Positions 60,271 to 64,000 of a stretch of DNA of 64,000 bases are shown here, one piece after another. Source of the DNA: Candidatus Omnitrophota bacterium (GTDB lineage: Bacteria; Omnitrophota; Gorgyraeia; Zapsychrales; Fredricksoniimonadaceae); NCBI GenBank assembly GCA_903944345.1, contig CAJARJ010000012.1, forward strand, positions 4,266 through 68,265, given 5' to 3'. The notes under the pieces were generated by a model that was not told where the DNA came from, did not search any database, and worked only from the letters and a program-made list of their open reading frames with translations. Both the position numbers and the translations under genes were made by a program. Position 1 is the stretch's first letter. Each line of letters opens with the position of its first letter.

Positions 60271-60766
60271 GCTTAAAAACCCTGTCCTTCTGGACCAGCA
60301 CCATGATGTCGATGATTTCGACTGCGGTGCTGAGCCTTTAAACAATTACCTTAAGAACTTTGCTCTCACCAACAATCAGAACGGATCGGCCAGGACATAC
60401 ATTACGACCAGATCCGGTAAGGTTGTCGGCTACTATACATTGACCCCAGGCTCGGTCATCAAGGCCACAACACCGCAACGTGTCGGCAAAGGCCTCGCTA
60501 ACCACCCGGTACCCGTCATTGTCATCGCCCGTCTGGCCGTTGATAAGACTGAACAAGGCCACGGCATCGGTAAAGCGCTTGTCCGCGACGCACTGTTAAG
60601 GATCGTTGACGCCGCCGAAATTATTGGAGGCCGCGCCGTTCTCGTCAACGCAAAAGACGCACAGGCTAAACGTTTCTACGAGCAACTGGGCTTTGATCCA
60701 TCCCCCATCGACCCGCTTCATCTTTATTTACTCATCAAAGATATTCAGAAGACAATCGGACTTTAA
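60263..60766 (+). CDS. tacT: GNAT-family acetyltransferase toxin (TacT-like)
   Basis: 167 aa GNAT fold (VIVIARLAVDKTEQGHGIGKALVRDALLRI). The start is set to MDKLKNPVLL, overlapping the tacA stop. The track ORF extends further upstream, out of frame with tacA. Confidence 0.8.
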   Translation: MDKLKNPVLLDQHHDVDDFDCGAEPLNNYLKNFALTNNQNGSARTYITTRSGKVVGYYTLTPGSVIKATTPQRVGKGLANHPVPVIVIARLAVDKTEQGHGIGKALVRDALLRIVDAAEIIGGRAVLVNAKDAQAKRFYEQLGFDPSPIDPLHLYLLIKDIQKTIGL

Positions 60767-60909
60767 TTCTTTAAACTATTTGACGAATACCAACGGGCAT
60801 CTTTGACTTATCACCGACATTGGCGAAGGCTCAGGAAGCCCGTCAGCGGTGATCCTAGCTAATCAGAAAACCCGGCTTTGCTCCCGGATAGGCCGGAGCC
60901 TCGAGAACC

Positions 60910-61809
60910 TCACCGATTATATTCGTAGTGCACACTCCGTCCGCCGCCGGAGGCTTGCCGTAACAAGCCTTTTTCGACCATATCCGAGATCTCACGGAAC
61001 GCGGTCGCCCTGCTCGTGCTCCCAAGGCTCACATATTTCCGGGTCGTCAAACCACCGACAAATTCACCCGGCCCGGCATCCAGCATCCGATTAAGGATCT
61101 TCTTTTGACGCTCATTGAGCTGAACTTGCGCGTGCTCTGCCCAAAAATCCGCCTTCAAAAGGACCTTGCCCATTATCTTTTCCGACTTCCCGATGGCGCG
61201 CTGATAACACCCAAGGAACCACGAGAGCCAGCCTGTGAGGTCCAGATCAGCTGTCTTCGAGTTCTTCTCGAGGATCTTGTAATAGTCATCCCGCTCTTCC
61301 ATGATCTGGGATGAAAAGCTGTAGTATCTCACCTTGAGTTTCTCGTCCTGCGCGAGCGCCATATCAGTAAGGCTCCGGGCAATACGCCCATTGCCATCCT
61401 CAAAAGGATGGATCGTCAGAAAATAAAAATGCGCCACCCCCGCGCGCAGAAGCCCGTCCACACTGCCGTGGCTTTCCTTCCACCACTGAAGGAATCTTTT
61501 CATTTCACCATCGACCTCGTCCCCGGGAGGCGCCTCAAAATGGATACGTTCACGCCCCACTGGCCCCGAAACAACGCGCATAGGGTCGTCGTGGCCTCTC
61601 CATTGAGCGACGCGGATCTTATGAAGTCCCGAGTACCCTGTCGGAAAAAGAGCGCCATGCCATCCAAAAAGCCTCTGCTTATTCAAAGAAATATCGAATT
61701 TCCGGGTCGCGTCCAGAACAACCTCGACGAGCCCATCAACAGACCTGGATGAACCCCCGAGACCCGCTGTGGGAAGCCCCAGGTGCCTTGCCACTGAGGA
61801 GCGGACCAT
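60910..61809 (-). CDS. fic: Fic/DOC-family protein (AMPylator-type) with a C-terminal winged-helix domain
   Basis: Fic motif HPFEDGNGRIARSL. The first ATG is at 61809 (MVRSS...). The track uses a TTG at 61821 that abuts the element. Confidence 0.8.
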   Translation of the reverse strand: MVRSSVARHLGLPTAGLGGSSRSVDGLVEVVLDATRKFDISLNKQRLFGWHGALFPTGYSGLHKIRVAQWRGHDDPMRVVSGPVGRERIHFEAPPGDEVDGEMKRFLQWWKESHGSVDGLLRAGVAHFYFLTIHPFEDGNGRIARSLTDMALAQDEKLKVRYYSFSSQIMEERDDYYKILEKNSKTADLDLTGWLSWFLGCYQRAIGKSEKIMGKVLLKADFWAEHAQVQLNERQKKILNRMLDAGPGEFVGGLTTRKYVSLGSTSRATAFREISDMVEKGLLRQASGGGRSVHYEYNR

Positions 61810-61821
61810 CTGCAAATTCAA

Positions 61822-61954
61822 AATTAATTAGTGACACACAGAATTGTTTCTTGACATTCTTTACGACAATTAAACTTGTTGCGGGTCTGGATTTTTTCAT
61901 TGCAATAGAATGTAACAGAATGTGATAGAACAATTCTGTGTGTCACCGATTATT
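61822..61954. mobile_element. 133-bp MITE-like element, copy B, with perfect 18-bp TIRs
   Basis: Same sequence as copy A with 2 mismatches, and perfect TIRs GTGACACACAGAATTGTT / AACAATTCTGTGTGTCAC. It is followed by a tandem 11-bp duplication CCGATTATTCC x2 (61946-61967) that overlaps the stop of the Ank-RES gene. Confidence 0.7.
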
Positions 61955-61960
61955 CCCCGA

Positions 61961-63985
61961 TTATTCCACCGCCTCGCTCGACTGCTTCCAACGATCCCAC
62001 GATGAGCGCCTACCGCACTTTAGGCATTCGTGACCAGGGCCGATGTATGGCACGTCCAAAACATCCAAGAGGCGGAATACTCTCACAAGCTCAGAACTGC
62101 TATGCTGAAAGTACCGATAGCCACATTCCGGACATACCACTTCCACGTAGTTCGGATTTCGGTCGGAACCGCCCAACCGGTTGGCCGTGACGCCAGATGA
62201 CAGCAGATCCAAGTAGAGCACCTTCTCCTGACACTGAAGGGTAACTGTCATGATGGAATCCATGTAACGTATCGGCGACAACACCATGTGTTCTTTAGGC
62301 GGGGCGTAGTTCACCCTGCCGTCGGCTACCTCACTGAATGTCAGAATGCACTCTGCTTCAACAAGTTGCCCTTGCCCGTCCGTTTTGGTCACTCGAAACA
62401 CGTTGACGGCTGCAACCCCCAGCTTGCTATCCACCTCCTCTGGCTTTATTGCCAAGTTTTCGTATGCCACAGGCGAATCAGTTCTTCGGATCGATGGGTA
62501 TAAAAAGCCTGAATTGCCAGGAAAATCGAAGTAGGTGTCAATGATCTCATTGGTAAGCTTGTAATACTTCTCGTCAGTGCGCGTCAGAGTGAAAAGACCA
62601 TTGAGGAACTCATTGGTTCTCACAAGCGCACGCTTTCTCTCCTCGGTGACCGGGATGTCTGCTATTTCGGCCAGCATTTCGATGCCGATCGGCGCCACGG
62701 TGAGTGACATCCCGTCCCGAATAACGTAGGAAACCATAGTGAAAACTTCACCTATATGCATCTCGCCCACCTCAAAGATTGGTGCGATGGGATTTGTCGA
62801 CGCGTACAGCAAGGGTGCGTGCGGCCTGTTGCATCTGCCGTACGACTTGCATGACTGTGCAGGCGGATAAAAGAGATCAGCCACTTGGTGGAAGGCATCA
62901 ACCCCATGATTCTTCCTGATCCTGTAGAAACTCATCTGCCCCGGGGACACGTTAACACTGCCAGCAACTACTTCCGGCATGATCTCGACAAGAATCTCAC
63001 GGATCGTTGGCCATGGCTCCGCTCTATCAAGGCAGTCGTTGAAATCTGCGATTGCCACCTCTCTGCGCCGAACTGAAATTGGGAGTGGGAATTTCACATC
63101 CGCGCTCGCACCCGAACTGGCTAGAAGTTGTACTATTTCAGTATATCCGTTAAGAGTGGCAATCTTGAGCGCAGTAAAACCGTTATGGCAAGGCAGGTCT
63201 GGGTTTGCTCCAGCCTTCAATAGGAACGCGGCGACTTCGTACCGACCCCAGCAGCATGCGGTCATCAACGCTGTAGAACCCCTTTTATTCGTCGCATTCA
63301 GATACGCGCCGTTCTTGACGAGAAGTTCGACTACGCCGACATGCCCGAATTGAGAGGCAACGTGAAGAGCCGCGCTTTGGTTTTCTTTGGTCAGACGCCT
63401 GCCAACATCTGCACCATTACTCAGAAGAAGACGCACGACACTCTCTTGTCCGCCCTGCGATGCCATGAACAATGGGGTTGCACCGTCGTTCCGGAGTGAC
63501 AAGTCAACTTTGGCGCCGAGAGCAAGCAGGAGCTGTGCGGTCTCGAGTCTATTCTCCTGGCACGCTACGGAGAGAGGCGTTGCTGTGCCCATGTCAGGGT
63601 CTGCACCGGCTTCGACCAACATGCGGACCACTTCCGAATAGCCATTCTCGCTGGCGATATACAGCGCCGTTAGCATTGCTACACTTATCATCCGTATATT
63701 TGGGTCTACCTCCCGCTCGACGAGGTCCTTACGATATTGTGCTCCGTCTACTTCTGCCTCAATATATGAAAGACCGTTTGGATCAGCCCCGTTCCGGAGC
63801 AGGAGCGTTACGATCTCAGAGGAATTCGCCTGCGCGGCTGCATATAAGGGCAGAAATTTGCCGGAATGGGTTTCGTAGATTTCGTTGACAATCCCTGGAT
63901 TCAACGTAAGGGCAACACGCACGCCCGTGGGGTTCCCTTGGAGAATCGCTTTTATCAACGCGTCAGTGGCAAAACGTTTCATCAT
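61961..63985 (-). CDS. Ankyrin-repeat protein fused to a RES-domain (NAD-targeting toxin-like) module and a C-terminal zinc ribbon
   Basis: 674 aa with about 8 ankyrin repeats (TPLxxAxxxGHxxVVxLLLxxGAD pattern). It then has a RES-like core (SFYRIRKNHGVD...GRCNRPHAPLLYASTNPIAPIFEVGEM...YPSIRR) and ends in CPECGYRY...CLKCG. Confidence 0.7.
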   Translation of the reverse strand: MMKRFATDALIKAILQGNPTGVRVALTLNPGIVNEIYETHSGKFLPLYAAAQANSSEIVTLLLRNGADPNGLSYIEAEVDGAQYRKDLVEREVDPNIRMISVAMLTALYIASENGYSEVVRMLVEAGADPDMGTATPLSVACQENRLETAQLLLALGAKVDLSLRNDGATPLFMASQGGQESVVRLLLSNGADVGRRLTKENQSAALHVASQFGHVGVVELLVKNGAYLNATNKRGSTALMTACCWGRYEVAAFLLKAGANPDLPCHNGFTALKIATLNGYTEIVQLLASSGASADVKFPLPISVRRREVAIADFNDCLDRAEPWPTIREILVEIMPEVVAGSVNVSPGQMSFYRIRKNHGVDAFHQVADLFYPPAQSCKSYGRCNRPHAPLLYASTNPIAPIFEVGEMHIGEVFTMVSYVIRDGMSLTVAPIGIEMLAEIADIPVTEERKRALVRTNEFLNGLFTLTRTDEKYYKLTNEIIDTYFDFPGNSGFLYPSIRRTDSPVAYENLAIKPEEVDSKLGVAAVNVFRVTKTDGQGQLVEAECILTFSEVADGRVNYAPPKEHMVLSPIRYMDSIMTVTLQCQEKVLYLDLLSSGVTANRLGGSDRNPNYVEVVCPECGYRYFQHSSSELVRVFRLLDVLDVPYIGPGHECLKCGRRSSWDRWKQSSEAVE

Positions 63986-64000
63986 TATTGACCTTCTGTC

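Overview
This is a 64-kb chromosomal window from an anaerobic diazotroph (Desulfobacterota/deltaproteobacterium-like, inferred from gene content). About 62 of roughly 65 calls lie on the minus strand; only tetR, tacA and tacT are on the plus strand. The core part holds a compact anaerobe-type nitrogenase operon, nifH-nifI1-nifI2-nifD-nifK-nifE-nifN-nifB, with nifB running off the window start. It is followed by zur-znuACB zinc uptake, ferritin-like and rubrerythrin genes, a LysM/amidase lipoprotein, feoA, crcB, htpG, opgGH, a DUF481 outer-membrane protein, and a trehalose locus (treZ, treY, and a degraded glgX/treX). Next comes a long co-directional run of ptsN-like EIIA, pyruvate kinase, a GATase1, four pilin-type genes (PilX-like, two prepilins, a small protein), and two very large secreted paralogs. 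Beyond that are housekeeping genes (nudC, ppiC, an L,D-transpeptidase, a symporter, mscS, ldhA, an AEC permease), a third frameshifted secreted paralog, stress genes (BON, PRC-barrel), a MacAB/Lol-like ABC efflux set, and TolC-RND with a divergent tetR. The last few kb are accessory: a TacA/TacT toxin-antitoxin pair, a Fic protein and an ankyrin-RES fusion, bracketed and interspersed by a novel ~133-bp MITE-like element. The most interesting signals are a three-member family of secreted proteins, two of them in tandem immediately upstream of the pilin-type cluster on the same strand. The paralogs share an unrecognised N-terminal domain and a short C-terminal tail but carry different internal catalytic modules (metallophosphoesterase, kinase-like, unknown). 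Other signals are the MITE family, a promoter motif shared by two stress genes, and a glgX gene that carries both an N-terminal nonsense codon and a C-terminal truncation. No rRNA, tRNA or CRISPR arrays were seen.
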